Sequence record: OP617743.1 | Source of the DNA: Klebsiella phage KP13-26 | DNA length: 64,000 nt | Direction: 5' to 3' (one strand) | Shown: piece by piece, positions 46,038 through 56,233 of the stretch | Numbering within the stretch: position 1 is the stretch's first letter | Layout: every line of letters starts with the position of its first letter | Notes under the pieces: model-generated | What the model was told of the DNA's origin: nothing | The model's input: the letters and a program-made list of their open reading frames with translations, nothing else | Database searches by the model: none | Translations under genes and position numbers: made by a program

Positions 46038-47807
46038 TTAGTAACTCCCTTCCGGGATATTGTTTGGATTACTTGTGTATTGCTCGTAGTCATACAGAGT
46101 AGCTGTTTTAATTTCATAGAAGAAACTTCCAGCTTTACCAGTCTCAGAGAATTCGCGATTCTTTAAGATATAGCAGTATGTACGATTACGTTCCATAGGG
46201 TCTTCTGCTTGTTTATCGCGCTCCAAGGCAATAGTAATACCTGCACCTTTAGCAAGGAAACTACTCCCCATTGCATCGTCTTCAGTAATATGTTCATCAC
46301 TATTATTTGAGGATTTCTTCACATGGGAAATTACTATAATAGTGATACCATACTCTTTCATAATACGTTTTAACCAAGTAGCCAGCTCTTCCTGCTCTTG
46401 TACAGACATACCTGAAAGCAAATCAGAATAAGGGTCAATTACAAGAATTGTAACACCATAATGGATAATCATTTCCAGTACTTTTTCTTGGATGCTTTCA
46501 ACATTAGCACCACGGTCATCACAAACATAGAAACGAGGACTACCGTCAGGACGTTCATAAAATCTAACAATCTTATCTTTATTTTCTTCGAGAATGTGTT
46601 GCTTTTCTTCCGCTGTTTTTCTATGTAAAGGAACATGCAAGTATGCAGAAAGAAGGTTTCTGGAATACTTTTTATACGTTGCTTCCAAAGATAATATGCC
46701 TAACGTATGTTCTGGATGCGCTGTGATTATATGTTTAGTGATCTCATTCACTAGGAGAGTTTTACCGATACTTGTTTTAGCTAAAATAACAGTAATCTCT
46801 TCCTCAACTAAACCGCCTCCAAGCATGTTAGCAGCCACGCGCATGAAGCTAGGTAGGGTGATAACCTTTGCTTCTAAGCATTCCAGTGCAGCCTCATACA
46901 GGACGTTTGAGGCATATACCCCAGCCGGAGTGTACAGTTTAGCTCCCCAAAAAGCTTTAACAAAATCCTTTTCTCGACCTTCTTCAAGATATTTATTAGC
47001 ATCCTTCAGTTCCATCTTCATTAGATAAACTTTGTTACGAGGTAATACTTTTAGAATATTCTGAAATGCTTCTTCGCCAGCTTTGTCATTATCCATACAA
47101 ATAATGATTTTCTTAAATTGGCTAAGAAAATGGTATTGTGCTTGAATCTGTTTATATGCACTAGTTTCACCAGTAGTACCACATACAACAGCAGGCACCT
47201 CGTATTTTTTATCCATATTCTCGGAAAGCATTTGGTAAGCGGCTAGTACGTCATGTTCGCCGCCTGTAATAAGAATGGTATGATTCCTCTCCTTAAATTT
47301 TACTTGCCCAAACAACTCTACGTCTTTTCCTACTTGTCCAATTGGCTTACTAAAATCTTTAGGATGAATACGTTTTTTAAAACCTACTAAACTTCCATCA
47401 ATAGTTGTAGGGTATAATACAGAAACAACATTTCTTTCATTATCGTATTCATAACGAACAGCATAAAACTTAGAGTATTCTGTTTTTATACCACGATAAT
47501 TTCTGGAGTCAGTTCCTGTACTCTCCACAATAAGTTTACGAATTTCAGGATTAAACTCTGATCCCACTATTTCCTCCTCTTCCTCAAGCTCTTCCCCGTT
47601 TTCTCTTAGCCACTCTACGCTAGGTATCGTGTAATGACAAGCAAAACACTTAGCTCCTCTGTGTTCCAGATTTTGGTCTAGACCATACACCATCAGGTTA
47701 TTGCGTGACCTATCATTACCATTACTCATGCACCGAGGACAACCCGTATGACCTTCTCGACTTAAATCTATTGTTATACCAAACCTTGTGATTAAGTTTT
47801 CAGACAC
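46038..47807 (-). CDS. primase-helicase (T7 gp4-like)
   Basis: N-terminal Zn finger CPRC...CFACHY. TOPRIM LITGGEHD...CMDNDKAGEEA. Helicase Walker A AKTSIGKT and Walker B LVIDPYSDL. Confidence 0.85.
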   Translation of the reverse strand: MSENLITRFGITIDLSREGHTGCPRCMSNGNDRSRNNLMVYGLDQNLEHRGAKCFACHYTIPSVEWLRENGEELEEEEEIVGSEFNPEIRKLIVESTGTDSRNYRGIKTEYSKFYAVRYEYDNERNVVSVLYPTTIDGSLVGFKKRIHPKDFSKPIGQVGKDVELFGQVKFKERNHTILITGGEHDVLAAYQMLSENMDKKYEVPAVVCGTTGETSAYKQIQAQYHFLSQFKKIIICMDNDKAGEEAFQNILKVLPRNKVYLMKMELKDANKYLEEGREKDFVKAFWGAKLYTPAGVYASNVLYEAALECLEAKVITLPSFMRVAANMLGGGLVEEEITVILAKTSIGKTLLVNEITKHIITAHPEHTLGILSLEATYKKYSRNLLSAYLHVPLHRKTAEEKQHILEENKDKIVRFYERPDGSPRFYVCDDRGANVESIQEKVLEMIIHYGVTILVIDPYSDLLSGMSVQEQEELATWLKRIMKEYGITIIVISHVKKSSNNSDEHITEDDAMGSSFLAKGAGITIALERDKQAEDPMERNRTYCYILKNREFSETGKAGSFFYEIKTATLYDYEQYTSNPNNIPEGSY

Positions 47808-47819
47808 TTAAAATCTCCA

Positions 47820-48083
47820 TTAAAAGGATGCATTGTGCTCCATTACAAATTCAATTTCTTTTTCTTCTAGATACTTTTTAAATTGATATTCAATTTCTTT
47901 AATTGGAAGATCAATATTAAAAACCTCTTTCTGTTTATGGAAAGCTCTTACAGCATCAATATATAAACCACCAGAGTAGTCCCAATCATTGTCTGCGTAT
48001 GGGTCTGGTTCTGTATAATAAAAATCTACTTCAATTGTAAGAGACATTCCGTCCATGTTATATAAAAAATCAAACGTATTCAT
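47820..48083 (-). CDS. hypothetical protein
   Basis: 87-aa ORF. Confidence 0.3.
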   Translation of the reverse strand: MNTFDFLYNMDGMSLTIEVDFYYTEPDPYADNDWDYSGGLYIDAVRAFHKQKEVFNIDLPIKEIEYQFKKYLEEKEIEFVMEHNASF

Positions 48084-48094
48084 ATTGCTCCTAA

Positions 48095-49057
48095 TTATAA
48101 ACTTTCAACCACTTGGCGACGTAATTCATTGGCATCTTCTAATGCATAATGTAAACGGACATGCTCTGCTAGAGCCTCACCTTTATCTTTTCTATAGTTT
48201 GGATTTTTTAGTAATTTGTCAACCTCTTGTTTCCATTCAAAAGTATTTTCAGCGTAAATTACTACTTTTTCATCTATAGAATTATAATAAGGCAGCACTT
48301 TAGAGCAAACAATAGGAAGACCTTTAGCGCCAGCTTCCAAGACTTTCAGATTACTTTTGCAAGCATTGAACTCATTACTTACCAGAGGAGCAATTGCTAC
48401 TTGATGACCATTATACACATTCATATACGTATTTAAATCTTTAACGGCTTTTACGTAATTACTTGCTGGAAATTTAGTCATTACTTTAGCCCATTCAGAG
48501 TGTACTAAACATTCAATTGACCCTGGCTTTGCGGTTGGATAAATATCATACCCGGCAATAGTGAATAGCCCTGCTGGAAAAGAATTTACAACTAAACTCA
48601 AATCCCGTTCATGACTAGCACCTCCCGCCCAAACGATAGGTGTGCTTGATGTAGTGTCTTGACTTAAAGTGAATTGTAGTTGATCAAAAGGTAATGCATT
48701 TTTAATCACCACAATATTTCTATTCAAATGACGAAGTTTGTATGCTAAATATTCTGTTGTAACAGTAACAACATCTGCCAACTTAACCATCTCTTCGATT
48801 ACTTTAGCATGTTCTGTAAAATGCTTGGCTAAATAGTGTTCTTTATTTAACTCATAATAGTCATCCAAATCCACAATTATCTTATAGCCCTTTAACTTAG
48901 CTATTTTTACTTCCTCGGCACCAAGAGAAAAAACTCTATTAAAAACCAGTACATTTTCTTTTGGTTTAAAATTACTATTAGCATAGGGCAGAACTATTCT
49001 ATGGTAATCGCAACCACTACCAAATTTGTTATCAAAATACAACTGTGGTTCTTGCAC
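48095..49057 (-). CDS. glycosyltransferase, GT-B fold (family 1-like)
   Basis: C-terminal motif KSNLKVLEAGAKGLPIV, the EX7E-type donor-binding motif. Confidence 0.55.
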   Translation of the reverse strand: MQEPQLYFDNKFGSGCDYHRIVLPYANSNFKPKENVLVFNRVFSLGAEEVKIAKLKGYKIIVDLDDYYELNKEHYLAKHFTEHAKVIEEMVKLADVVTVTTEYLAYKLRHLNRNIVVIKNALPFDQLQFTLSQDTTSSTPIVWAGGASHERDLSLVVNSFPAGLFTIAGYDIYPTAKPGSIECLVHSEWAKVMTKFPASNYVKAVKDLNTYMNVYNGHQVAIAPLVSNEFNACKSNLKVLEAGAKGLPIVCSKVLPYYNSIDEKVVIYAENTFEWKQEVDKLLKNPNYRKDKGEALAEHVRLHYALEDANELRRQVVESL

Positions 49058-49067
49058 AAAGTCCTCC

Positions 49068-49637
49068 TTAATATTTGATTACTTTTTCCATATCTTGGCA
49101 ATGTATTAGATGTGAAATTGACATTTGAGGATTTTGTGATCCTAAGCGATAGGTATGAAAAAGATACATCCCTCGCATGATACCTAAACGTTTCCCCTCT
49201 GAATGTAATTTATTTGAGAATATTAGATCGAACTGAATAGACCTTTCTTCGAAAGGTATTTCTTGCCAGAGTGATTTTCTGAATAAAAGGAAGAAACCTG
49301 CTAGCGGTACACCATAAGGAACTTCTTCTATATCACCACCAAATACCAAACGAGCTACTCTGGCCTTTTGGATATGATTCTCTATGTTTGGGTCTTCGCT
49401 ACGCTCTCCATCGAATAATTGGTATGTTGATCCTAGCCTATTACATGATGCCCCAATTACATCATACTGCGGGTTAGAACGAACTAATGTTTCAATCCAC
49501 ATTGGTTGTTCAGGTAGTAGGAACATCGTATCGATATCCCTTAAACAAATCCAACTATCTTCTGGTAACACCCGTATAGTATCATTGATACCTTTACCAA
49601 TGTCACCAGTGAGATAGGGAGTGATGTGATAAATCAT
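49068..49637 (-). CDS. putative glycosyltransferase (GT-A-like, DxD)
   Basis: LRDIDTMF contains a DxD. Adjacent to the GT-B gene. 189 aa. Confidence 0.3.
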   Translation of the reverse strand: MIYHITPYLTGDIGKGINDTIRVLPEDSWICLRDIDTMFLLPEQPMWIETLVRSNPQYDVIGASCNRLGSTYQLFDGERSEDPNIENHIQKARVARLVFGGDIEEVPYGVPLAGFFLLFRKSLWQEIPFEERSIQFDLIFSNKLHSEGKRLGIMRGMYLFHTYRLGSQNPQMSISHLIHCQDMEKVIKY

Positions 49638-49700
49638 TCTCCCTCTCCTGTATTGTTAATGTAGCACCAATCAGAGCGAATGTCCAATCGATATTGCCTA

Positions 49701-49898
49701 TCAATCTTTAGGTTTAATGATCCCACGACTCTGTAGTTCTAACTGAATTGCAATACTACGATCACGTGCTGCCATATATTCTGTGAATGTATCTCGGAGA
49801 TGATCTCCAGCTACATCACGTAACTTTAGCAACTTCTCATCTGTTACCGCAGTAAGGTCAACAAAGTGCTCTACATCATACGTCCCATTTGTTTTCAT
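49701..49898 (-). CDS. hypothetical protein
   Basis: Small ORF. Confidence 0.25.
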   Translation of the reverse strand: MKTNGTYDVEHFVDLTAVTDEKLLKLRDVAGDHLRDTFTEYMAARDRSIAIQLELQSRGIIKPKD

Positions 49899-50100
49899 CT
49901 ACAATCCCCTTAATCTCTACTGAACATTCTTTACAAATACATTGCCCTTTACTTTTATTTAACTCAATAAAAGGCTCATTATCTTCCCTTCTAGAATCAT
50001 ATAATACAGAATTGAAACAGATAATGCAAATGTGTTTAGTTAGAACATATTTTTGAACTTTTTCTTTCTTTTTGAAATTTACTTCAATAATATCGCCCAT
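49876..50100 (-). CDS. hypothetical Cys-rich small protein
   Basis: CIICF...CICKEC zinc-ribbon-like. Confidence 0.25.
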   Translation of the reverse strand: MGDIIEVNFKKKEKVQKYVLTKHICIICFNSVLYDSRREDNEPFIELNKSKGQCICKECSVEIKGIVDENKWDV

Positions 50101-50381
50101 TAATGTAATGCTCCTAAAATATTATCCTGAGCTACAACACAAGAGAATTCCACCAAGTCATGAGTTATACTGAATCTTTCCCAAACCTCAGTTTTAACTT
50201 GTAAGGTAAGACAAGGATAAATACTATCACTCATTACAACAATTGAAAAACAATCCGCAGATTCCTCATCTGTGATGAACAACGTTGCAAATCTTTCCAA
50301 ATGTTTTCTTACATTATGTAAATCCTCTTCTGTTAGACCAATCATCAGATAACTGGCAACAACAATTGCATCATCTTCCAT
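50100..50381 (-). CDS. hypothetical protein
   Basis: 93-aa ORF. Confidence 0.3.
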   Translation of the reverse strand: MEDDAIVVASYLMIGLTEEDLHNVRKHLERFATLFITDEESADCFSIVVMSDSIYPCLTLQVKTEVWERFSITHDLVEFSCVVAQDNILGALH

Positions 50382-50389
50382 ATAACCTC

Positions 50390-50905
50390 CTACCGGTAAA
50401 ATTGATGTTCTTTATATCTATACACTAAAGTCATATCTTTTTCCCAATGAACACGAATACTTTTTTTCTTAAAATATTTTGCTCCTTTGGTAAAATCTGT
50501 AGCATCTCTGGCTTCAGGAAAATTACGATTTAAGTAAAGTAAACGGTCTGCAATATGTTTTGCTTCTTGCCATTTATCTTTTTCTACTACATTGAAAGCC
50601 CCTTTGTTGGTATAAGAAAACTGTCCGGGCTGGAACAGAACATCTTTTACAGTTTTAGGGAATTGTGGGTCATTAACGCGATTCAAGACCACATTGCCAA
50701 CCGCCGCCATTCCTTTTTTACCTTGGCCTCGGCTTTCGGCATACATCGCACAAGCTAAAAGATTTTCTTTCGTATCTCGCTTTGTACATTTGTGAACTAC
50801 TTTAGCGGTCTTTACGTTTGCAGCTTCGGCAATGCCGATTACAGGTGTAAATGTAAAAGCAGTTAATGATAGTAACGCAATTGTTACAAAGTTTCGTATT
50901 AGCAA
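50390..50905 (-). CDS. secreted cell-wall hydrolase (SleB / Hydrolase_2 family), a candidate endolysin
   Basis: Signal peptide with an AEA cleavage motif. NVVLNRVNDPQFPKTVKDVLFQPGQFSY is the SleB family signature. Confidence 0.6.
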   Translation of the reverse strand: MLIRNFVTIALLSLTAFTFTPVIGIAEAANVKTAKVVHKCTKRDTKENLLACAMYAESRGQGKKGMAAVGNVVLNRVNDPQFPKTVKDVLFQPGQFSYTNKGAFNVVEKDKWQEAKHIADRLLYLNRNFPEARDATDFTKGAKYFKKKSIRVHWEKDMTLVYRYKEHQFYR

Positions 50906-50968
50906 ATTTGCCTCCTTTTTATTTTACGAACTATTATTCTAACATAAGAAGGACTTTTTTGCAAGAAA

Positions 50969-50985
50969 AGGGGCTTTCGCCCCCT
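50969..50985 (-). promoter_or_regulatory. intercistronic hairpin ggggc-GAAA-gcccc, copy 3
   Basis: Located between the stop at 50992 and the start at 50905. Confidence 0.45.
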
Positions 50986-50991
50986 CTGATA

Positions 50992-51618
50992 CTACAGCGT
51001 GAAAGTAGTAGTGAAATCCACTTTAGTTCCGTCTTCGTTCACGGTGAGTTTGAGATTATCACTCTGAATACTTTCCAAACTTTCCAGTTTAACAGTCACG
51101 CGCTCGTAAGCTGGTTGACTATCTTTCAGGAAGGTACGTTCCGTGGTCACTACACGACTTGCCACATCGAGCGTAGCTTTACCATCGTGCTCAAGATGAT
51201 AAGTGCTACCATCTTTATAATTAATAACAACGACGCCACCACTGATCACCAGATTCTCGCTGAGTGTAACGTTAGCTGACACAAGCAGAGAAACATTTTG
51301 GGCTTCTTTTTGAGCTGAAACAACAATCTCCTCAAACTCTTTTACTGTCAGCGCTTCATCATCACCCCAACTACCGTCGCTGAGGAAGGTATTACCATTA
51401 AGAATACCAAAATATCCCCAATTATTGGTAATGTAAACATCGTTTGCTGCGTCGGCCATCCAAGTATCGTGAAATGCTTCGTCAATACAGTAGTTGATGT
51501 TAAGATCCCGCGCTACTTTAAATAAATCAGTGACTTTTCGGCTATTATCCTCGTTAAAATCTACATTAACTGCAAAATTGCTGTTGAACAAATCTTTTAG
51601 TTTAGAAATTGCGCTCAT
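50992..51618 (-). CDS. hypothetical protein in the ter-like cluster
   Basis: 208-aa ORF with RBS aaaaggagaataaaATG. Confidence 0.35.
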   Translation of the reverse strand: MSAISKLKDLFNSNFAVNVDFNEDNSRKVTDLFKVARDLNINYCIDEAFHDTWMADAANDVYITNNWGYFGILNGNTFLSDGSWGDDEALTVKEFEEIVVSAQKEAQNVSLLVSANVTLSENLVISGGVVVINYKDGSTYHLEHDGKATLDVASRVVTTERTFLKDSQPAYERVTVKLESLESIQSDNLKLTVNEDGTKVDFTTTFTL

Positions 51619-51630
51619 TTTATTCTCCTT

Positions 51631-51663
51631 TTATTTATTAAAAATGGAGGGTTTTCACCCTCC
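51631..51663 (-). terminator. terminator-like hairpin after terD (ggagggtg-aaaa-ccctcc plus a U-rich tail on the minus strand)
   Basis: The minus strand reads ggagggtgaaaaccctccatttttaataaat. Confidence 0.4.
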
Positions 51664-51676
51664 AGTATGGTAATGA

Positions 51677-52279
51677 TTACGGGCATTCGTACCAAGTTTT
51701 ATCACCGCCGAATGCTACCACCACATCACAGATATCCATACCTGCTTTACCAACACCGTAGGCTTTCAGTTTCCACTCGCTGTCTTCACGAACGAGTGAA
51801 GCTACGTGGCAGATGGTGTTACCAGCAACTTCCGGTGCGAGGAAGTCAAAGTCCAGGATCTCAACGTTACGTTCTGCGTCGAAGATTTTCAGCATACCTT
51901 CGGAAGCATGACCGAGGCGCTTCTGACCAGTTTCATCGTCGATGGTGATGACGAATGCGATTTCATCTGCGTTCTGGGAGATTTTATCCAGAGTCACATC
52001 GATCTGCTCCAGGTTGCCAGTACCATCACGAACATCTTCGCCAGCGAAGGTTGAACGCTCTGGGTCAACTTTGTTGCCGTAGCAAACCAAGTGACGGGCA
52101 GACAACATTTCTGGATTACCGGAGGCGTTATGACGGCAGATTACCGCGCTAACATCCAGATCGAGCTTTGAGCTTGATTTCCATGAGAATTCCAGACGAA
52201 TCTCTTTCAGCAGGGGTGCGATCTTTTTCAGGGAAATCTTTTCGGTGGAACCTTTTTTCAGGGAAATTTTCTCAGACAT
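51677..52279 (-). CDS. terD: TerD-family protein
   Basis: MSEKISLKKGSTEKISLKK double motif. GWK/DLDVSAV segment. YGNKVDP...DVRDGTG...EQIDVTL matches TerD/TerZ/TerE. Start moved to ATG 52279, which has the RBS gaaggagaatat. Confidence 0.75.
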   Translation of the reverse strand: MSEKISLKKGSTEKISLKKIAPLLKEIRLEFSWKSSSKLDLDVSAVICRHNASGNPEMLSARHLVCYGNKVDPERSTFAGEDVRDGTGNLEQIDVTLDKISQNADEIAFVITIDDETGQKRLGHASEGMLKIFDAERNVEILDFDFLAPEVAGNTICHVASLVREDSEWKLKAYGVGKAGMDICDVVVAFGGDKTWYECP

Positions 52280-52378
52280 GTATATTCTCCTTCTTTCTGT
52301 TTTCATTATCGGGGAGAGCCACTCTCCCCTTCATGTAATCTATTCTACGTATTTCTTCTGGTAAGTCAACAACTATTT

Positions 52379-53173
52379 TTAGTTTTTTGCACCTACTTTC
52401 TCAACCCACTGACCAAATTCGTCAGACAGAAGTTTATCATACAGTTCTTCATCTGAGAGGTTAAGATCATCAACACCAATAAAATCTACGTTATCGTAAT
52501 CACGAGCGAGTTCTTTCAGGAAGCTAAAGCTTTCCTGACCTACACCCACCATAAACCAATAGATAGGTTTACCACGGTTACGAGAAAGCAGGCTACGCAC
52601 GGCTTCTTTATCGGAGTTGTCGCCATCTGTCTGAAAGAACACCATAGCGGGGGTTGTATCGACTGGCACAGAAGTATCTGGTACTTGTTCAGTGATAGTT
52701 TTCTTCACAGTTACAGTTTCGGTTTTGCCTGTCAGCTTAGCAAAGAAACCACTCACAGGACGTTTTTCTTGTACTTCGATTTCACGAGTAACAGTTTTCA
52801 TTGGAACATTACCAAAGTACTCATCGTAAATCTCTTGCATTACCGGAGCATAGGCTGTACCCCCGGAGATTGAAATACCACGCATACACTTGCCTACATA
52901 ATCATCATAGACAGACGCTGTTGCAGGAGGCAGCTCACGACAGCCGTGGTCAAACGCCCACATATCAATCTGAGCATTATCGTCAAATTGCATACCGAAC
53001 GGTAAGAGTTTACCTACAAAATCACTTACAGTACCATTACGATACAGGCTACCCATACTACCTGAGATATCCAGCGCAGATGCTACACGCAGGGTGATCT
53101 GTGCAATCTTTTTCTTTTTGAGGCTGATCACCAGTTTCTCTTGGCGTTTAACCAGACTAATTTTTTCGCTCAT
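52379..53173 (-). CDS. vWA-domain protein with a TerD-like N-terminal motif (TerY-like)
   Basis: Begins MSEKISLVK...VISLKKKK, then the MIDAS motif DISGSMGS with downstream GGTAY and TDGDNSD. Confidence 0.7.
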   Translation of the reverse strand: MSEKISLVKRQEKLVISLKKKKIAQITLRVASALDISGSMGSLYRNGTVSDFVGKLLPFGMQFDDNAQIDMWAFDHGCRELPPATASVYDDYVGKCMRGISISGGTAYAPVMQEIYDEYFGNVPMKTVTREIEVQEKRPVSGFFAKLTGKTETVTVKKTITEQVPDTSVPVDTTPAMVFFQTDGDNSDKEAVRSLLSRNRGKPIYWFMVGVGQESFSFLKELARDYDNVDFIGVDDLNLSDEELYDKLLSDEFGQWVEKVGAKN

Positions 53174-53323
53174 TCTTTATCTCCTTTTTCAACTTCTTTT
53201 AAGTCATCTGCACGGCGTGAATCGCGCCATGCAAACCATGTGTGAAACTTAAGTTCTTCTTTTTCTTCCTTTGTAAAGTAAGGTTTACTTTCATAAAAGC
53301 GTTCAAACCAAGTCAAAAATTCT

Positions 53324-53581
53324 TCACTCATTATTGCCCTCCATTAAGTTTTTAAGTGCAATAGTTGTTTCACACTCATCACCATATTCATTGTGATGTT
53401 CAAGATATGCCTCCGCAGAGGCCCAATCGTTATCTTGTGTATTCCAACCATCTATGAAAGCGTCTTCGATGATAGTCTTTAACTCAAGGCGTGTCAAGAC
53501 AATTTTATCATTCATCGGTGATATCCCACTCACAGTTGTCATCGAAACCACCAGGTGGGATAAAGTCGTCACCAACTTCAA
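53324..53581 (-). CDS. hypothetical protein
   Basis: Small acidic ORF. Confidence 0.25.
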   Translation of the reverse strand: MKLVTTLSHLVVSMTTVSGISPMNDKIVLTRLELKTIIEDAFIDGWNTQDNDWASAEAYLEHHNEYGDECETTIALKNLMEGNNE

Positions 53582-53729
53582 TCACTGTTGTACCTTCACT
53601 ACCACCGAACTCTTCGCAATAATCATCACTATACGCCAGTGCCTCGGCTAAGTCAAGGTCTTTAAACCAACGAAGACAAGAACTCCCATCTCCACAATCT
53701 TGAATAAGAATAGCTACTTTCATTAGCAC
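53508..53729 (-). CDS. hypothetical Cys-containing protein
   Basis: Small ORF overlapping its neighbours. Confidence 0.2.
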   Translation of the reverse strand: MLMKVAILIQDCGDGSSCLRWFKDLDLAEALAYSDDYCEEFGGSEGTTVIEVGDDFIPPGGFDDNCEWDITDE

Positions 53730-53923
53730 ACCTCCTCTAGGAGGATTTCTAGACCTGCTAACTGCTTTTCAGTGATAGGGTCATAAGAATATAAATGTCT
53801 CAAATCTGTGACCATTGAGATAAAACCCCTACCTAACCAAGATACTCCCATAGGCGCTACACGTAGTTCCTCATCATATCTCACTAAAATTGCATCTTTG
53901 TCTTTGTATACACGAATAAGCAT
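53723..53923 (-). CDS. hypothetical protein
   Basis: 66-aa ORF. Confidence 0.25.
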   Translation of the reverse strand: MLIRVYKDKDAILVRYDEELRVAPMGVSWLGRGFISMVTDLRHLYSYDPITEKQLAGLEILLEEVC

Positions 53924-53932
53924 GATTCCTCC

Positions 53933-55030
53933 TTAAACTAAACCAGCTTTGACTTTCTGTACCATCCCATCCTCCAGGGATTGTACTTCGTTGATGTAGT
54001 CAATACGGGCAGCACGCGCTTCAGTATTGATTCGGTTTGTTTCTTCCAGCATACGTACCAAGTTTTCCTGATCTTTACGCAGGGTTTCAATATCTAGGAT
54101 CTGACGGTTAGACAGAGCTGTAGCATTGATAATGTTTTGTGCAGCCAAATCACTTCCCATTTGAATTGCAGTATTGAATTCATCCAATACATTAGCTTGA
54201 GTTTGACCAGCTTCTGCCTGACGCAAACTCTCAATATACATTGAGAAGTTGGCAGAGTACGCTGGAATAACATTGTTCACGATGTTACGTGCAGAGCGCA
54301 TAAGCATTTCGCTTACTTTAATCATACTATTAACACGTGGCCCCATCTGGACACAAAGAAGACGCAGAGCTTTTAAATCAGCAATACGGATCTCTAAAAT
54401 GTCTAAAGTATCACGCACAGCTTGGCGTTCTTCGACCTGATCCTCTGGTAGCATATTGAAACGTGCTTCTTCTTTCTCATAGGTATCTGTCAAAAGTTCT
54501 ACATCCCGATTTAAACTTAATGCATATTGTCCAATAGCCATTTTAAGTTTTTCGAGATAAACAAGAGAATCTTCTTCTTTTCTAACATCACCTTCAAGTT
54601 CTTTGACAAGAACATCAATACGATTATTAATAGTATCGTACTCTGCAAACAGGTCTTCTTTCATACCCATCAATTTTTTGATGAATTTGCCAACACCTTT
54701 CGATTGTTTAATCGAGCTGGGGTCTAATTGTTTTGCTTGTTTAATAAGAGCGGTGAGACGTTCATTCATTTCTCCGCCCTGATTACCACGTTGATGTTTC
54801 AACACTTCATTGTTTAAACTACGTAGAGTTAATCCGGCCTCTGCACCCACATTATCAATTTCTTTACGAGTCATTGCCGGAAGTTCTGGAACAGGTTTTA
54901 CTACAGCAGGCGCATACACAGGGCTAGAATCAAAGACAGTTGGGGCTAATGCCGACCGTGTATCTTCTTTTGCAGCCAATGCACTCTTGCTTGGAGTTGT
55001 TTTAACAGCAGTTAAAAATGGACTAGACAT
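53933..55030 (-). CDS. TelA-like (toxic-anion-resistance family) helical protein, tentative
   Basis: 365-aa all-helical coiled-coil protein with RBS aaggaggcaacATG, located between the TerD/vWA and TerC genes. Confidence 0.4.
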   Translation of the reverse strand: MSSPFLTAVKTTPSKSALAAKEDTRSALAPTVFDSSPVYAPAVVKPVPELPAMTRKEIDNVGAEAGLTLRSLNNEVLKHQRGNQGGEMNERLTALIKQAKQLDPSSIKQSKGVGKFIKKLMGMKEDLFAEYDTINNRIDVLVKELEGDVRKEEDSLVYLEKLKMAIGQYALSLNRDVELLTDTYEKEEARFNMLPEDQVEERQAVRDTLDILEIRIADLKALRLLCVQMGPRVNSMIKVSEMLMRSARNIVNNVIPAYSANFSMYIESLRQAEAGQTQANVLDEFNTAIQMGSDLAAQNIINATALSNRQILDIETLRKDQENLVRMLEETNRINTEARAARIDYINEVQSLEDGMVQKVKAGLV

Positions 55031-55039
55031 GTTGCCTCC

Positions 55040-55618
55040 TTATTTTCTGTCTTCATAGTATGGAGAAATCCCCATAGCTTCACACTTCTTAAGCCATTCT
55101 TCCCAAGACAATAACCAAATTTTATCAATGGTTCCTTCCTTATCTTTACTAAGGTAGGTTCCCCACATTATACTATTAGGTTTTTGCCTAGAAGGACGGC
55201 GATTATACCCTCTGATAAATCTTAATTCGTTATCTGATATGAGAGCCATTACCCAAGGGTATTCTGTTTTAACAGAACGCTTTGATACAGCTTTAGGAAT
55301 AGCCCCTATTTCCTGCGCTATTGCTTTCCATGCAGCACCATGATCAGACCTACCTCTTTTACAAAAATCTATTGCATGGGCTATCTCATGTAGCATAGTA
55401 TCAACAATGTTATGCTCTTCCGAGTTTTTATGCAGATGCCAATTGATAATAACTAACTTACTTCTATTATCTGCCCAACCAAAGGATTTATTTCTTTTTT
55501 CTCTAACGCCTGCTCGCCATCCGTTGGCCTTTAGCAGGGCATCGTATTCAGGAAAGTCTTCTTTAAATTTACATAATGTAGTTTTCCATAAATTTAGAAT
55601 ATCCCTTGTACTATACAT
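55040..55618 (-). CDS. SprT-like zinc metalloprotease
   Basis: LVIINWHL...TMLHEIAHAIDF...HGAAWK, the SprT/HExxH-type motif. Confidence 0.6.
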   Translation of the reverse strand: MYSTRDILNLWKTTLCKFKEDFPEYDALLKANGWRAGVREKRNKSFGWADNRSKLVIINWHLHKNSEEHNIVDTMLHEIAHAIDFCKRGRSDHGAAWKAIAQEIGAIPKAVSKRSVKTEYPWVMALISDNELRFIRGYNRRPSRQKPNSIMWGTYLSKDKEGTIDKIWLLSWEEWLKKCEAMGISPYYEDRK

Positions 55619-55620
55619 TT

Positions 55621-56163
55621 TTATACCCTAACAGTCAATTCGGATAAAATGATCTCCATGCCCTCTTGTTGCCAGACCAAATAACCGTTATTAGTTAAAG
55701 ACATATCCAATAAAAATTGGTGATTAATCCCACGAACTTTAACTTCCACAACATCCTCATTGTACACAGTGATTGCATTACGGCTATTTACTGTATCCTT
55801 CCAAGTGTCTTCCATGATAAACACAGTTTTTTCAGGAGTGGCTTCAAGGGACACAAAGCCTTTTACAGTGTATGTTTCACCGCTCATGAACAGGATGGTT
55901 GCCTTGTTCACGCTTGGTGCTCTACGCGATGGGCCTTTCTTACGTTTAGAATGTTCTGGACGAAATGCTTTGATTGTAATTTCTCCGCTATCAATCATGT
56001 CTTGCGTGGCCCATTGAACAACACTAGTCTTCACGCCTCTAAACACCCAATCCCCATGATCGTCCGTATGATAGAATGTGAAAAGATTATTGTTATTCAT
56101 TAAGGCAGATTCAGCAAAGCCCTCTCCGCTTAGATGATAGATATTACCTTCAATAAAGTTCAT
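55621..56163 (-). CDS. hypothetical protein
   Basis: The track ORF runs to 56379. ATG 56163 has the strong RBS caaggagaaaatATG. Confidence 0.35.
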   Translation of the reverse strand: MNFIEGNIYHLSGEGFAESALMNNNNLFTFYHTDDHGDWVFRGVKTSVVQWATQDMIDSGEITIKAFRPEHSKRKKGPSRRAPSVNKATILFMSGETYTVKGFVSLEATPEKTVFIMEDTWKDTVNSRNAITVYNEDVVEVKVRGINHQFLLDMSLTNNGYLVWQQEGMEIILSELTVRV

Positions 56164-56233
56164 ATTTTCTCCTTGATTTATTTGTTTCTCTTGACAAGGG
56201 ACACTATGAAGCATCCCTAAGCAAAAGTCAACC

